This document shows, one piece after another, positions 35,496 to 45,650 of a stretch of 64,000 bases of DNA (positions are counted from its first letter, which is position 1; each line of letters starts with the position of its first letter). Under the pieces are notes generated by a model. It saw only the letters and a list, made by a program, of their open reading frames with translations, searched no databases and was not told the DNA's origin. Source of the DNA: a virus; the IMG/VR virus record IMGVR_UViG_3300042013_000061, positions 64,001 through 128,000 of that record; one strand, given 5' to 3'. A program made the translations under genes and the position numbers.

Positions 35496-37795
35496 TGCTC
35501 AAGCTTCACTTTCGAGACGCCTTTATGTTTCTCGACAGTCACGTAACTGCAATCGCTATGCACGTGCTTACCCTTTTGTGTAATCAGGAAAACATGCGGC
35601 ACCAGCGTGCGCAGGAACGGAATATAACGATCAGCAAAAAGCGTGATTGTTGTTTCGTCCATGTGTGCATCAGGTTCGTCGAGGATCGCGATGTTAACCC
35701 GTCGATCAGCCTTCGCCATAATCACGCAAGCGAGGAAGTGCAGCAGACGGAAACTATCGGATTCTGCGCCGGACAATTCACGGACGTCAGATACGTTACC
35801 ATTCCCCCGGTCAACGATGATGTGAACGCCATCGTCTTTTGCCACTACGCTAAACTTGAACGGCTCAGCGAAAATCAAGTTGGCAAATCGGTTGTAGTGC
35901 TGTTCCAACTGGTAAACGATTTGGTGCATCGCATGCAGTTTCAAGCCCTTGTTGCTGTAGGCTTTCGACAGTGCTTTGTACAACTGCAATTTCTTCGTCA
36001 GCGGTTCCAGCTTTTCAATCTCGCCGCTGATTTGATCGCGTTGTTTCGACAGCAGTTTGAATTCAGCGCGACGGCTACCGTGCTTAACGGAAATCTCATA
36101 CGCTTTTTCGTATTTCTTTTCTACCTTGCGCAACTTGGCGGCAGTCTCTTCAAGCTCTGCGGTCAAGCCTTTGTCTTCAGGCACTTCGTCGAATTCTGCA
36201 AGCCGCTCTTTCAGTGCTTTGATTTCGTCGAGAATTTCAGCCTGTGTTTCGATCTGTTCCAGCGTGAGCGTGGCAGAACCTTTCGGCGCTTTCGGCTTCT
36301 TCAGTTCGGACATTTGCTCGGTGATTTCATCGAAGCGTGCAGCATTTTCCAACTTGTCGTTAAGCTCTTCCAGTTCTTCGCTGGATTTCTTCAGCTTCTT
36401 TTTCAACGCGTAGTAATCACGCTCGTTGAATTTCAGTTTGTCGATGATCGCTTTGTTTGTCGTCCGCGTTTCACGGATTTCATAAGCGTGGATCATCGAC
36501 AGTAGCAAACCTTTACGCTTCTTCGCAGCCTTCAGACTTTTCTCAAGGTCTTTCAGGTTGATTTTCTGCATACAGGTCGGGCAGTTGCCGTCGTCGTGTT
36601 CGTGCAGCAAATCAGAAAGTTTCAGCGTGGTTTTCACCATGCTTAACTCTTCCTTCAGTTCTTCCATCGCGTCGAGTTTCTGTTTGTTGCAACGCGACAG
36701 GAAGCTACGCAATTCTGGCTCGGTATGATCGTCGAGGTTTTCCAGTTCACGCACGGCGGCATCGTATTCGTCACGAACCTTTGTCTGTCGTTTGTACTCG
36801 ACTTCCATCGTTCCGATTTCAGCACGCAATTCGTTAACGCGTTTTTTCAGCTTTTTGCCGCCGCCTGTATCGCCCAGTTCTTCCAGCTTCTTTGTCAGGC
36901 GCTTGGCTGTCTTCTGGTACTCGGCCAACTCTTCCTGATAATGCTCGGAAGCCTCAAGGAATTTGTATTGCTCTTTGAGTTCGGCCTTCGTGTATTTCGC
37001 TTTCTTTTGCAGCTTTGTCAGTTTCGATTTCGCAGACGAATAAAACTCCACTTGCTTCATGAGCGAGCGGAGTTCCTGAGTGCGAGCCTGCAACCGGGTA
37101 ACTTTCTTGGCCTGAGATTTCACAACCTCGGTGGCTTCGTCGAGTTCCTTTTGCCGGTGTCGATTCCAACCGTTTTTATTCAACGCGTCATTCGTGTTAA
37201 GCAGGTTTTTGCTATGCACGTCGGCTTTGTTCTGTGCGATCTTTACATCATCGACCAGCTTGTCGAAATACCGGCGCAGAACATCAAATTGATCCAGTCG
37301 CCACACGTCAGTGATATACGACATACGCGTTCGCGCAGTGCCGTACATAAAGTCGAGTTTTTTCTGCGACTGGAGGTGAACGTAGGAATACCATTCATCA
37401 GAGGTCAGCGGAATAATCTTTTCGATCCACTCACGCTGTGCCGCTTGGCCGCGCACTTCCAAATCCGTACCGTCGCGAAAGATTTTGTAGCCGCTTCCGC
37501 TTTGGCGAATCGTCCAGTCGTGGCCGAGGTTCTTCACGTCGATTTCAATGTGAGAACCTTTCGAGTGAATCCGATTTTTCTTGCGAGTATCCGCCAACGG
37601 CATTTGTTCGAAACGCACGTTGGGCAGCATGCCAAACAGAACAGATTTACCGGCGCCGTTGTTGGTCTTCTTCGAAATCAGCGAGTCACGGTTGTGGCCG
37701 CTTACAACGGTGAAGCCACAGTTATTCGTGAAATCAAATGCACCTTCTTTGTACGATACAACGCCATTGAAACGACTGCCGGTAATATCAATCAT
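35492..37795 (-). CDS. sbcC: SbcC/Rad50 (gp46-like) ATPase
   Basis: Walker A NGAGKS, Q-loop, long coiled coil, Zn hook CPTC, signature LSGAE, Walker B ILDEPDAHMD. Confidence 0.93.
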   Translation of the reverse strand: MIDITGSRFNGVVSYKEGAFDFTNNCGFTVVSGHNRDSLISKKTNNGAGKSVLFGMLPNVRFEQMPLADTRKKNRIHSKGSHIEIDVKNLGHDWTIRQSGSGYKIFRDGTDLEVRGQAAQREWIEKIIPLTSDEWYSYVHLQSQKKLDFMYGTARTRMSYITDVWRLDQFDVLRRYFDKLVDDVKIAQNKADVHSKNLLNTNDALNKNGWNRHRQKELDEATEVVKSQAKKVTRLQARTQELRSLMKQVEFYSSAKSKLTKLQKKAKYTKAELKEQYKFLEASEHYQEELAEYQKTAKRLTKKLEELGDTGGGKKLKKRVNELRAEIGTMEVEYKRQTKVRDEYDAAVRELENLDDHTEPELRSFLSRCNKQKLDAMEELKEELSMVKTTLKLSDLLHEHDDGNCPTCMQKINLKDLEKSLKAAKKRKGLLLSMIHAYEIRETRTTNKAIIDKLKFNERDYYALKKKLKKSSEELEELNDKLENAARFDEITEQMSELKKPKAPKGSATLTLEQIETQAEILDEIKALKERLAEFDEVPEDKGLTAELEETAAKLRKVEKKYEKAYEISVKHGSRRAEFKLLSKQRDQISGEIEKLEPLTKKLQLYKALSKAYSNKGLKLHAMHQIVYQLEQHYNRFANLIFAEPFKFSVVAKDDGVHIIVDRGNGNVSDVRELSGAESDSFRLLHFLACVIMAKADRRVNIAILDEPDAHMDETTITLFADRYIPFLRTLVPHVFLITQKGKHVHSDCSYVTVEKHKGVSKVKLEQ

Positions 37796-40047
37796 AATGC
37801 TTCCAGATACTTTCTGATATCGCGCAAGTTTGTCGCCGCACGAGTTTGATGTTCAAAGGTCAGGCGCTGTTCCAACATTTCCAGAGTCAGCAGCCATTCC
37901 AGACTTGGTGGGTTAGCGTTTTCTGCATTTACAGAATTTGCATCTTTGCGTTCGTTGTAGAATTCACGTGGTGGCGGTTCGCCAATGGAAACCCCCGGAG
38001 ATTTCAACGAATGACACAGACGTTCCATGTGCGGTTCAATTGCTGCCACACATTCGTCAAGTTCCGCTTCGTCTTCGCGTTGCTGGCGAGCGATACGCTG
38101 CTCTTCAGTTTCACCGGTTGGGCAAGGGCCGGGGCCAACAGGGCCGCGTACACCGATTGATTTTCCTTGAATGTCGAATACTTCGTGTGAGTCTTCAACT
38201 TCGTGAACAGTTTTAAACGCAGAAACCAAACTTTCTTTTTCGGTATCAGACCACGCACGCGGAGGCTGGCCGGTTGGTGCTTGCAGGTTTACGTTAACTG
38301 CAAAATCGTCGATGATTTTAACTGGCACACCGTCTGCAATTTCTTCGCCTTCTTTTACAGGCACTTCGATTACAGCAGGACTCTTCATCATTTCAGCCGC
38401 GATTTGTGCAGCAACCCATTCTGCATCTGGCAGATAGGAAAGTTGCACTTGACCGCCAGCGCTAACGCTTACGATTTTCTTGCCGTAATGTGGACTGGTT
38501 TTGTCTTCGATATGCGTAGGAGATTGGCTCACTTCCCGCGCTTCGACATTGAAACCGCCTTTGAAGTTTTTCAGCAGACCTTTACGCTCTACGATTTCTT
38601 CAACAGGTGCTGGGGTTTCAGCAACAGGTGCTGGGGTTTCAGCAACAGGCTCAGGTTCAACCGCGACCGTTACGGGCTTGCGCTTCGGAAACAGGAAGCC
38701 GGTCACTTGCACAAACTCTGCAATCCCGGCGAGCAAAAGACTCTCTTTTACTTCGTCAGTTTTTGCAGGATCGAGTTCGAAGCGTTTCATGAATACTTGC
38801 AGACGCACGCCACCTTCGATGTAATCGGTAACGTCTGCAATTTCCAGTGTGGAGAAATCTTTGTAGACTTTTTTCACAGGGTTTTTCCCGACCGGTTTAA
38901 CTTGAATTTCGTTCGGTTTGAGATTCTTGTCTTCTACGACTTTGATGCCTGCAACTTGGAGCGTTCGTTCGTCATTGATATTGACCCCGGTTTCTTCATT
39001 TATAAAACCGGGCGGGCCAGCGAAGGTTTGCAGGGTGTCGTAATTAAGTCCATGTGTTTTGTGCATTTTGTAAGCAGGCTTCGCAGTTTCTGCAACGAAC
39101 TTGTCAACAGCCTGTTTGATGATTGCACGCACGTTGCCCATCGAATAGCCGCGATGGCTGAAATAATCCAGAACCATATCGTGCGGCAAACGCGTGGTTT
39201 CGATAATCGCGTGCAAATCGTAAGGAGGTGGAACTACGCGGCAATATTCCTCAAGGATCGCGCCTACTGCATCGGCATTCATGATGCGACGAACGCTGTG
39301 CAAATTGTTGGCGTCGAAATCCAGCGTCGGGTCAACGTACTCACCGTCTTGCTTGACGTTGAAATACCCGTCCATCGACAGGTCGCCAAACACTTCGAGG
39401 AAATAGTTTTTCTCGACGATAAACGCTCGGGAAATTTCTGCGTGACATGTTTCAGCGGTGAACGCGTCTTTCATGTTTTGAATCACAGCGCGAATTTCTG
39501 TTTCAGAAGTCAGCATGCGCCGGGTTTCAACTGGCGGAACGGTATGCTTCACTTCCGAATCAGGCGTATACATCGCGTAAGTGGTGCCGACTTTAATCGC
39601 TTTTTTCTGGTCGATCAGATTGCGCAGAATCCACGTCAGTGCGCTACCTTTCTTGCCGAAGAATGCGCCGAGTTCCAACGCCGTTTTCGGGCGTCCGTTG
39701 GCGTCGATCAGCAATTGCAGAACGGATTCTTCAGACGGTTTATTCATGTCTGGTTTCAACGTCATGTCCTTCGGCGGAATGTCGTTATTCAGCGTATGCA
39801 CAATCGGATTCACTGGGGCAAATTCTTTCGAGATTGCCGCGTTCTCTTCCCGTGCATGATCCTCGTTAATGGTGAACTTATTGTCAGCATCGACGACCAC
39901 GAGATTCTGTTGCTTCAAAGTATTCGAAGCGTGAATCAGTTGGATATATTTCTCACCCATTTCGCTGGTGTAGTCCGACAGCGTTTTACCGGGGTGGCAC
40001 TGAATGTGAAGCAGCAGGGCTGCCTCTAATGTGGACAAGTTTTCCAT
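37792..40047 (-). CDS. Large protein with tandem winged-helix-like domains
   Basis: N-terminal MarR-like wHTH (LSTLEAALL...GKTLSDY...L..QNLV) and a second wHTH (EESVLQLL...PKTALELG...L..QKKAIK); acidic Pro-rich C-terminal half. Confidence 0.6.
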   Translation of the reverse strand: MENLSTLEAALLLHIQCHPGKTLSDYTSEMGEKYIQLIHASNTLKQQNLVVVDADNKFTINEDHAREENAAISKEFAPVNPIVHTLNNDIPPKDMTLKPDMNKPSEESVLQLLIDANGRPKTALELGAFFGKKGSALTWILRNLIDQKKAIKVGTTYAMYTPDSEVKHTVPPVETRRMLTSETEIRAVIQNMKDAFTAETCHAEISRAFIVEKNYFLEVFGDLSMDGYFNVKQDGEYVDPTLDFDANNLHSVRRIMNADAVGAILEEYCRVVPPPYDLHAIIETTRLPHDMVLDYFSHRGYSMGNVRAIIKQAVDKFVAETAKPAYKMHKTHGLNYDTLQTFAGPPGFINEETGVNINDERTLQVAGIKVVEDKNLKPNEIQVKPVGKNPVKKVYKDFSTLEIADVTDYIEGGVRLQVFMKRFELDPAKTDEVKESLLLAGIAEFVQVTGFLFPKRKPVTVAVEPEPVAETPAPVAETPAPVEEIVERKGLLKNFKGGFNVEAREVSQSPTHIEDKTSPHYGKKIVSVSAGGQVQLSYLPDAEWVAAQIAAEMMKSPAVIEVPVKEGEEIADGVPVKIIDDFAVNVNLQAPTGQPPRAWSDTEKESLVSAFKTVHEVEDSHEVFDIQGKSIGVRGPVGPGPCPTGETEEQRIARQQREDEAELDECVAAIEPHMERLCHSLKSPGVSIGEPPPREFYNERKDANSVNAENANPPSLEWLLTLEMLEQRLTFEHQTRAATNLRDIRKYLEAL
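38601..38649. repeat. Perfect 21-bp tandem repeat (2.3 copies) encoding PVAETPA
   Basis: caacaggtgctggggtttcag x2 + caacagg. Confidence 0.9.
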
Positions 40048-41225
40048 TACTCATACTCTGCAATGAACGCACCGACGTTGGAATAAAACAAAACACTTTC
40101 GTCAATCGTGATGCTATTCAATTTAACTTCGATTTCCGCAAGCAGGTTCTGGATCAACACCAGTGCAAGCATTTTGTTTTTGACTTTCAGATCGTCAAAA
40201 ATCTTGCCGCTATACGGACGGAATTTGTTGGTCTTCGTAATGACTCCGATTCGATAATCAATGAGCCAACGGGTTTTGTTAATCAGGCCGCGAGCGTTAC
40301 CGGCACTGCGGATTTGCACCACTGCCTGTTCCATGTCGCGCTGCAATACGGCGGCAAGGAAATGCGCTGCGGTTTCTTCCATGTCAACATCGGCGTCAGA
40401 CATAAACGATGCGATATTTGTCGGATCGAATTTCTTACCGGAAGCGACGATAGAAAGAAAAATATCCAGCTTCGACACTGCTTCACGCATAGAGCCGTTA
40501 CTGGATTCTGCAATCGTGTTAAGCGATTTCTTCGCTTCTTTTTTCAGCGTGACGCCTTCCTGTTCGGCAATGGCAGTCATGCGTTCGATCAATACGTCAT
40601 GCTCAATCGGGCGAACATGCAAAGGCATGCAACGCGATTTCAGCATCTTGTTTACTTTGTCCGGGTGTGTGGTGCAAAGCATGTAGATCGTGTGCGGCGG
40701 TGGGTTTTCTGTCGCAACCAACAACGCTTTTTCCGATTGATCGCGAAGGGTGTGTGCTTCGTCGATAATGATAATGCGTTTGCGTGTGGCCGGGGCATTA
40801 CCTGCTGCTGCGATCAGAGAACGGATTTCGTCAATCTTGCCGCTTTGCCCAGCATCAAAATAAATAATGTCCGGGTGTTTGGCGAACTGGCAGGAAAAAC
40901 ATTTGCCACAAAGGTTCAACGTTTCACAGTTGATTTGTCGCGCCGCGATGAAAGCCATCGTGGTCTTGCCGCAACCGTAGTGGCCGGAAAACATAAGTGC
41001 AGATGGAAACTTGCCGCGCTTAAAAGCCCCCTGAAGCGTAGCAACGACTTGATCTTGGCCGACAACATCATCCAAAGTTTGCGGACGATATTCGTTTGCC
41101 AGTTGAACGGTTTGAAGTGTCAGCGGGCCGGTTTTTACCAGACCAACTTTTTTCTTCTTCGGCTTCGTATCTTTCTCGACAACAGATTTGCCGGTCTTCT
41201 TCAATTTCTTTTCTGGCTTTGCCAT
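40047..41225 (-). CDS. dnaX: DNA polymerase III gamma/tau-like clamp loader subunit
   Basis: LA..YRPQTLDDVVGQ, GHYGCGKTT, C4 Zn module, IIDEAH, E.PP, SRC, G.MREA. Confidence 0.93.
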   Translation of the reverse strand: MAKPEKKLKKTGKSVVEKDTKPKKKKVGLVKTGPLTLQTVQLANEYRPQTLDDVVGQDQVVATLQGAFKRGKFPSALMFSGHYGCGKTTMAFIAARQINCETLNLCGKCFSCQFAKHPDIIYFDAGQSGKIDEIRSLIAAAGNAPATRKRIIIIDEAHTLRDQSEKALLVATENPPPHTIYMLCTTHPDKVNKMLKSRCMPLHVRPIEHDVLIERMTAIAEQEGVTLKKEAKKSLNTIAESSNGSMREAVSKLDIFLSIVASGKKFDPTNIASFMSDADVDMEETAAHFLAAVLQRDMEQAVVQIRSAGNARGLINKTRWLIDYRIGVITKTNKFRPYSGKIFDDLKVKNKMLALVLIQNLLAEIEVKLNSITIDESVLFYSNVGAFIAEYE

Positions 41226-41251
41226 TACGACACACTCTAGGGATGTGAGGT

Positions 41252-41458
41252 TTATTTACAGTTTCGTGCTGCTGCTTCTTCGCGAGCAACTAACACGCCG
41301 TGGATACGCGCATTACGCCAGACGTTACGCCTTGCGCGAGCGTCTATATCCTTTAACCATTGTTTGCGCTTGGCACGGCGCCCTCGAAAGAAGGCACCGA
41401 CCAGCAGTAAGAGAACGAACACAATCACCAACGCGAAAGCAAGTTGCGGATTGTTCAT
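41252..41458 (-). CDS. Small single-pass membrane protein
   Basis: N-terminal hydrophobic stretch LAFALVIVFVLLLLVGAFF followed by an Arg-rich segment. Confidence 0.65.
   Translation of the reverse strand: MNNPQLAFALVIVFVLLLLVGAFFRGRRAKRKQWLKDIDARARRNVWRNARIHGVLVAREEAAARNCK
41255..41261 (-). promoter_or_regulatory. Putative phage promoter motif CTGTAAAT
   Basis: About 30 nt upstream of the dnaX ATG. Confidence 0.65.
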
Positions 41459-41476
41459 GATTTTTCTCGACAGAGT

Positions 41477-42679
41477 TTAGTCGGAGGCTTGAGCGCTTTT
41501 CAAAGTTTTCTCAAGGAGCTTTTTCACGCTCTTCGGAATTTCTTTGCCGGTCGTGTGGTAGGCGTAAGCTTCAGCAAACATTTCCTGCACGCTGACTTTT
41601 GCGTATTCCGAAATCAGGGATTCCGAATTGGAGAACGATGCAGAAGTCGGCCAGATGCCCGCCAGCACTTTGCTGTTTTGATTCAGCAGAGTGTTCACGT
41701 CTTCAGGCGAAAGTTTGTGATGTTTCTTCAGGTAGGCGAGCGCTTCTTTGAACAGTTGCAGTTCGTCTTCTTCGATATCACGTTGGAATTCCCGCACGCT
41801 TTGTTGGCTGGCAACGAGCGATGTGCAAAGGTCTTCCATTTCGGATTTCTTCGCCTTGGAAACTTTGGTCAGGCTGTTGTAGATTTCCAACCATTCCGCA
41901 CGCATTTTCTCGCTGACGAATTTGAACCAGATACCGTGGCCGATTTCGTGGGCGAAAATGTATTGGTTGTAAATCTGGTCGCTGATGATTTTCGGATGCA
42001 GACGCACCATGTCTTCAGGCGTACCGGATTTGAAACTGACCGAATACGAACCGGCCCACTTGCCTTTCGCGTTCAAGACTTCCAGACGGGTGAACGGGAA
42101 TACTTTTCCGAGTCCCTGTTCATCGACTTTTTTCTTGATGCGTTTGATTGCAATCGTGATCGCTTCTTTTTCGTCGTCTTCCAGCTTGCGATACAGGTGC
42201 ATCGGGCCAATCGGCGTTTGCACTTCACCATAATGCGGCTGGATATCTACGCCGTAAGCTTTGCCCGGTGCAGGATCAGCGCCGAGGTTTGCCACCAGAG
42301 TTTCGGCGGTATATTCCACGGTCTGCGGTTCTTCGTTCGCCATCGTGTCTTCGATGTACGCAGTGTTACGTTTTGGCGAGTGCGCAAAACACAGTTTGTT
42401 TTTCTTGCCGACGCGGACGATGATGTAATCGTCTTTCTCGACTGGAAGCATTGTCTTTTCAGGCGCTTCGTCTTTCTTCTTCAGTTTCTTTTCGCCACCG
42501 CTAACTTTAACGATGGTGTCGCCGCTCTCAGAAGACTTCTTCTTTTTCTTCTTTGGCGCGCTGGTGTCGAGGCCGGTACTTTTCACCAGACCCTTGCTTT
42601 TCTTTTTGGTGTTTTCTTCACCGCCGCTTTTCTTCTTCTTTTTCTTTTTCTTCAGGTCATCACTCATTACATTCTCCAA
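41477..42679 (-). CDS. Zincin-type metallopeptidase with poly-Lys N-terminus
   Basis: FAHEIGHG (HEXXH) plus downstream SEYA....QEMFAEAY. Confidence 0.75.
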   Translation of the reverse strand: MENVMSDDLKKKKKKKKSGGEENTKKKSKGLVKSTGLDTSAPKKKKKKSSESGDTIVKVSGGEKKLKKKDEAPEKTMLPVEKDDYIIVRVGKKNKLCFAHSPKRNTAYIEDTMANEEPQTVEYTAETLVANLGADPAPGKAYGVDIQPHYGEVQTPIGPMHLYRKLEDDEKEAITIAIKRIKKKVDEQGLGKVFPFTRLEVLNAKGKWAGSYSVSFKSGTPEDMVRLHPKIISDQIYNQYIFAHEIGHGIWFKFVSEKMRAEWLEIYNSLTKVSKAKKSEMEDLCTSLVASQQSVREFQRDIEEDELQLFKEALAYLKKHHKLSPEDVNTLLNQNSKVLAGIWPTSASFSNSESLISEYAKVSVQEMFAEAYAYHTTGKEIPKSVKKLLEKTLKSAQASD

Positions 42680-42682
42680 TTG

Positions 42683-42979
42683 TTAAGGCATAAGCCAATG
42701 TTTGCGCAGGGGTTGGGTTGCAATCCACGCATCGTCACGGTGATCGGAAACACTGAGGATTTGTGTACCGTCTTCCTCTTCCACAAACGTGATTAAGTGT
42801 CCGTAGTATTCGCTAGTAACCACGACGTTATGCGACGGCGGCAAATCCAGATAACCGAATACTTTGTGGTGAAACATCAATTCGATATCTTTGCTCGTAG
42901 TTTTCACAGCGGGATACGTTGTGAAGCCGTGCGTGCGTTTCGGCATCAACTCGATTAATTCAGTCACAGATATCACCAA
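42683..42979 (-). CDS. Hypothetical protein
   Basis: 98-aa ORF in operon. Confidence 0.5.
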   Translation of the reverse strand: MVISVTELIELMPKRTHGFTTYPAVKTTSKDIELMFHHKVFGYLDLPPSHNVVVTSEYYGHLITFVEEEDGTQILSVSDHRDDAWIATQPLRKHWLMP

Positions 42980-43424
42980 TGCCGCTAGCTACCGACGATG
43001 CACCATCTGCAATTGCATCCAGAACAACACGCCCGATTGTGCCAATGCCGTCGAGAATGCTACTGGTTTCGACAGAAGACATTGAACTGCTCGATGCGAA
43101 AGAATTTCCATTGTTACCCGGCCCGGTCGCATGTGGGTTTACGCGCTGTCGGGCAGCTTCGGCTTGAGCCTTCTGATTTTCAATCCATTCGTGCGGATCA
43201 AAGCTTTCCGATTCGACGATTGTTACCAGCATTTTTTCTGCTTGATAATGATTCGGGTACGGCGGACGAATCGCGTCACAAATTTCGTTGTATTTGTTTT
43301 CGTCACAGAATCGCCATTCGTCCCACGCACCAGCAACGTCGATGCTGTCTTTGTCGCGAGTGCCATAGAAGCAACCCGAATCCCACGAACGGTAGCGATA
43401 AAGATATTCGACTTTTTCTGTCAT
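42960..43424 (-). CDS. Hypothetical protein with Ser-rich low-complexity tail
   Basis: 154-aa ORF, ATGA overlap. Confidence 0.6.
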   Translation of the reverse strand: MTEKVEYLYRYRSWDSGCFYGTRDKDSIDVAGAWDEWRFCDENKYNEICDAIRPPYPNHYQAEKMLVTIVESESFDPHEWIENQKAQAEAARQRVNPHATGPGNNGNSFASSSSMSSVETSSILDGIGTIGRVVLDAIADGASSVASGIGDICD

Positions 43425-44044
43425 GTCCGGCCCGCCGTTTCAAGAAGCGCTTTGATTTCTTTAGTCAAGAAACCATCGACCAAAGATTCGTTATTGCAAA
43501 TACCCATGTATTCGAATTCGACGCCTTCATTGAAACGGAACACGCCACCGACAGTCATGGATTCGTTGAAACTCGACAGCGGTTTATCCCACGTGAAACC
43601 GTTCGCGCCGATGTAGTGAATATTCACCGGATACTTTTCACGGTTCTGCGCGTTGGCATTCATGTTGCCGTAACCGTAGACCAGATAAGGCCGACCGCTT
43701 TTGTGCGTGAACACACCGCCGATTGGTGGAATGTCGAATTCCAAATCGGAAGGCGTAACGATTTCAGTTGGTTTGATGAAAACGGTATAGGCCGGGAGAT
43801 TGTGCGAGTAAATCAAAACGGATTTTCCGTTCTCGCTCAGGCCGCAAATCACAGCGTCATCGGCTGCAACTACTTTGAATTCTTCACCGGCGTCATTACG
43901 CAACCAATGCAGGTTCGCTTTGCAAACGGTGTAATGAACATCGCCGTCTTTTACATACGCGTTGTAAATCTGTTGCTGCGCGTTGTAGTGCAGGGCGGTT
44001 TGTACGAGGCCGGTCGCCTCTTCTTCGGTATACATTCGACTCAC
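43421..44044 (-). CDS. Hypothetical protein with DUF1653-like C-terminal domain
   Basis: GGVFTHKSGRPYLVYG.....V...Y......W.KPLSSF resembles the DUF1653 pattern G.Y.H.KG..Y.V...W.RP...F. Confidence 0.55.
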   Translation of the reverse strand: MSRMYTEEEATGLVQTALHYNAQQQIYNAYVKDGDVHYTVCKANLHWLRNDAGEEFKVVAADDAVICGLSENGKSVLIYSHNLPAYTVFIKPTEIVTPSDLEFDIPPIGGVFTHKSGRPYLVYGYGNMNANAQNREKYPVNIHYIGANGFTWDKPLSSFNESMTVGGVFRFNEGVEFEYMGICNNESLVDGFLTKEIKALLETAGRT

Positions 44045-44676
44045 GATAAAATAATCCTGTTTTGCAAAAGAAGTACCAGAGCATAACCATGCGCCGGGAT
44101 TTGTTTGGGATCGGTTGGAGCCAGACCGTAATAGGCGCGCCGGATAATCTCGACTGCATCTAAACCAATTACGTCTATATCGGCGGCTTCACAAATCCCC
44201 AAGAATTTTTCTACGATTTCAGGCATGACAGTAATTGCCATACCGCGACGGCGCAGTTTAATTTTCTCTTCCCGGTTGCGCATGACGGCAGTGCCGCTCG
44301 CATCTGGAAATGCCACGTAAACACGATCATCGGAAACAAACACATTGGCGTTTTGCCAAATGTCTGAAACCTCGGCTGTGTAGGTCATGCTCGCTACAAA
44401 CATATCGAAATTTCGCCGCACATAATTCCGCAAGTCATTCGCGATGTTTACGCGCTTCAGTTCTTCAATCGCGTCAGATGCACGTGGCGTAGGTGCAAAG
44501 AAAAGCTTGCCTAAACCATCATCGCAAACCTTTGCGAATTTTCGACCTTCTTTAAATCCGATTGCTACGCCATTGTTAAAAACATACAGGCTGTTATCAA
44601 CGAGGGTAAGGCGTTCCGCAAAACGGCGGCGGCATTCGGCTACAAAACGGCTATCAAATATATTGACCTCAAGCAT
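44041..44676 (-). CDS. Hypothetical protein
   Basis: 211 aa; AAGGA SD; CTGTAAA motif at 44707-44713. Confidence 0.65.
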   Translation of the reverse strand: MLEVNIFDSRFVAECRRRFAERLTLVDNSLYVFNNGVAIGFKEGRKFAKVCDDGLGKLFFAPTPRASDAIEELKRVNIANDLRNYVRRNFDMFVASMTYTAEVSDIWQNANVFVSDDRVYVAFPDASGTAVMRNREEKIKLRRRGMAITVMPEIVEKFLGICEAADIDVIGLDAVEIIRRAYYGLAPTDPKQIPAHGYALVLLLQNRIILS

Positions 44677-44702
44677 GATCGTTCCTTAACGTGGCTCTCT
44701 TC

Positions 44703-45650
44703 TTATTTTACAGTTTTTCGCGCTTTGGCATAAGGCACAATGCTTTTCGAAATGGCTGATGCAATATCGGTACGCATTTGATTTGATTCATCAAACGATG
44801 CGGCCAGTGTACGCATATCGTATTCGCTGTATTCGACCGGGGCGTTTTCATTGCGTGTCATAACTTCGATCAAACGCAGGAATTTTGCCAGTTCAAAATA
44901 ACCATTGCGCACATAGTATTCACGGTCGTTGTAATTCATCGGTTGCGTGAACACAATGTAACGAGCGTGGCCGAGAATTTCTTTCGCACACTTGTTAATC
45001 ATTTCAGTTCGTTCGCGGGTAAACTGATCGTCGATTGATTGCGACCGTTCCCGGCGTTTCATCAATTCCGCTACGTCGGCTTTGTCTTTCATGCCGCGCA
45101 AAAATTGCGATGCGGCGTTAATGATTCGCTTCGATTGATTTTCCATGCCCCGGCCATATTGCAGGGTTTGGATTTTCTTTCCATCCAGCGCAACAGCAAG
45201 GCCCACGGCGTCTGCACTTTCACGGGCGTAGTCACGGAAAAACAAAACAGCGCTATTCGATGTTGGCGTTTTAACCGTGGCTTTTTTCCAGTGGCGTTCA
45301 TACCACAGTTCACCTACGCAAACGAATTCAACGCCGTCGCGGTAAACGGTATTGCCGAACCACTCGTAAATAGTGGACAGGTGATTTAAATAATCCACGT
45401 AGCTGTTGATATCCAGCGTGTCGAAAATCTCTTCCACGTGCTGCATCGCACTCTTCAGCATTTCTTCGTGGAATTCCATAACGCTAGACGTATCGTTTTG
45501 ATATTCACCGTCAGTCGATGCGTGGGCATACAAACAGAAGCGCAGCACTGCCTGATATTCGCCAAGGCGTGAGAACAATGCGCGGGCATTCATTTTCTGC
45601 GCAACGCGGACGTAAGAGGGTTGAAAGTATTTCATGTTTTCGTCACTCAT
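44703..45650 (-). CDS. Hypothetical protein
   Basis: 315-aa ORF following a long leader region. Confidence 0.7.
   Translation of the reverse strand: MSDENMKYFQPSYVRVAQKMNARALFSRLGEYQAVLRFCLYAHASTDGEYQNDTSSVMEFHEEMLKSAMQHVEEIFDTLDINSYVDYLNHLSTIYEWFGNTVYRDGVEFVCVGELWYERHWKKATVKTPTSNSAVLFFRDYARESADAVGLAVALDGKKIQTLQYGRGMENQSKRIINAASQFLRGMKDKADVAELMKRRERSQSIDDQFTRERTEMINKCAKEILGHARYIVFTQPMNYNDREYYVRNGYFELAKFLRLIEVMTRNENAPVEYSEYDMRTLAASFDESNQMRTDIASAISKSIVPYAKARKTVK

Noticed and set aside
42540-42660. Poly-A/T runs as programmed frameshift or phase-variation sites
   Set aside because: Runs are mixed AAA/AAG Lys codons within intact frames; no alternative-frame continuation supports recoding.
38203-42796. 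Plus-strand ORFs of 608, 403 and 450 aa
   Set aside because: Antisense to the wHTH protein, dnaX and peptidase genes; no recognisable motifs.
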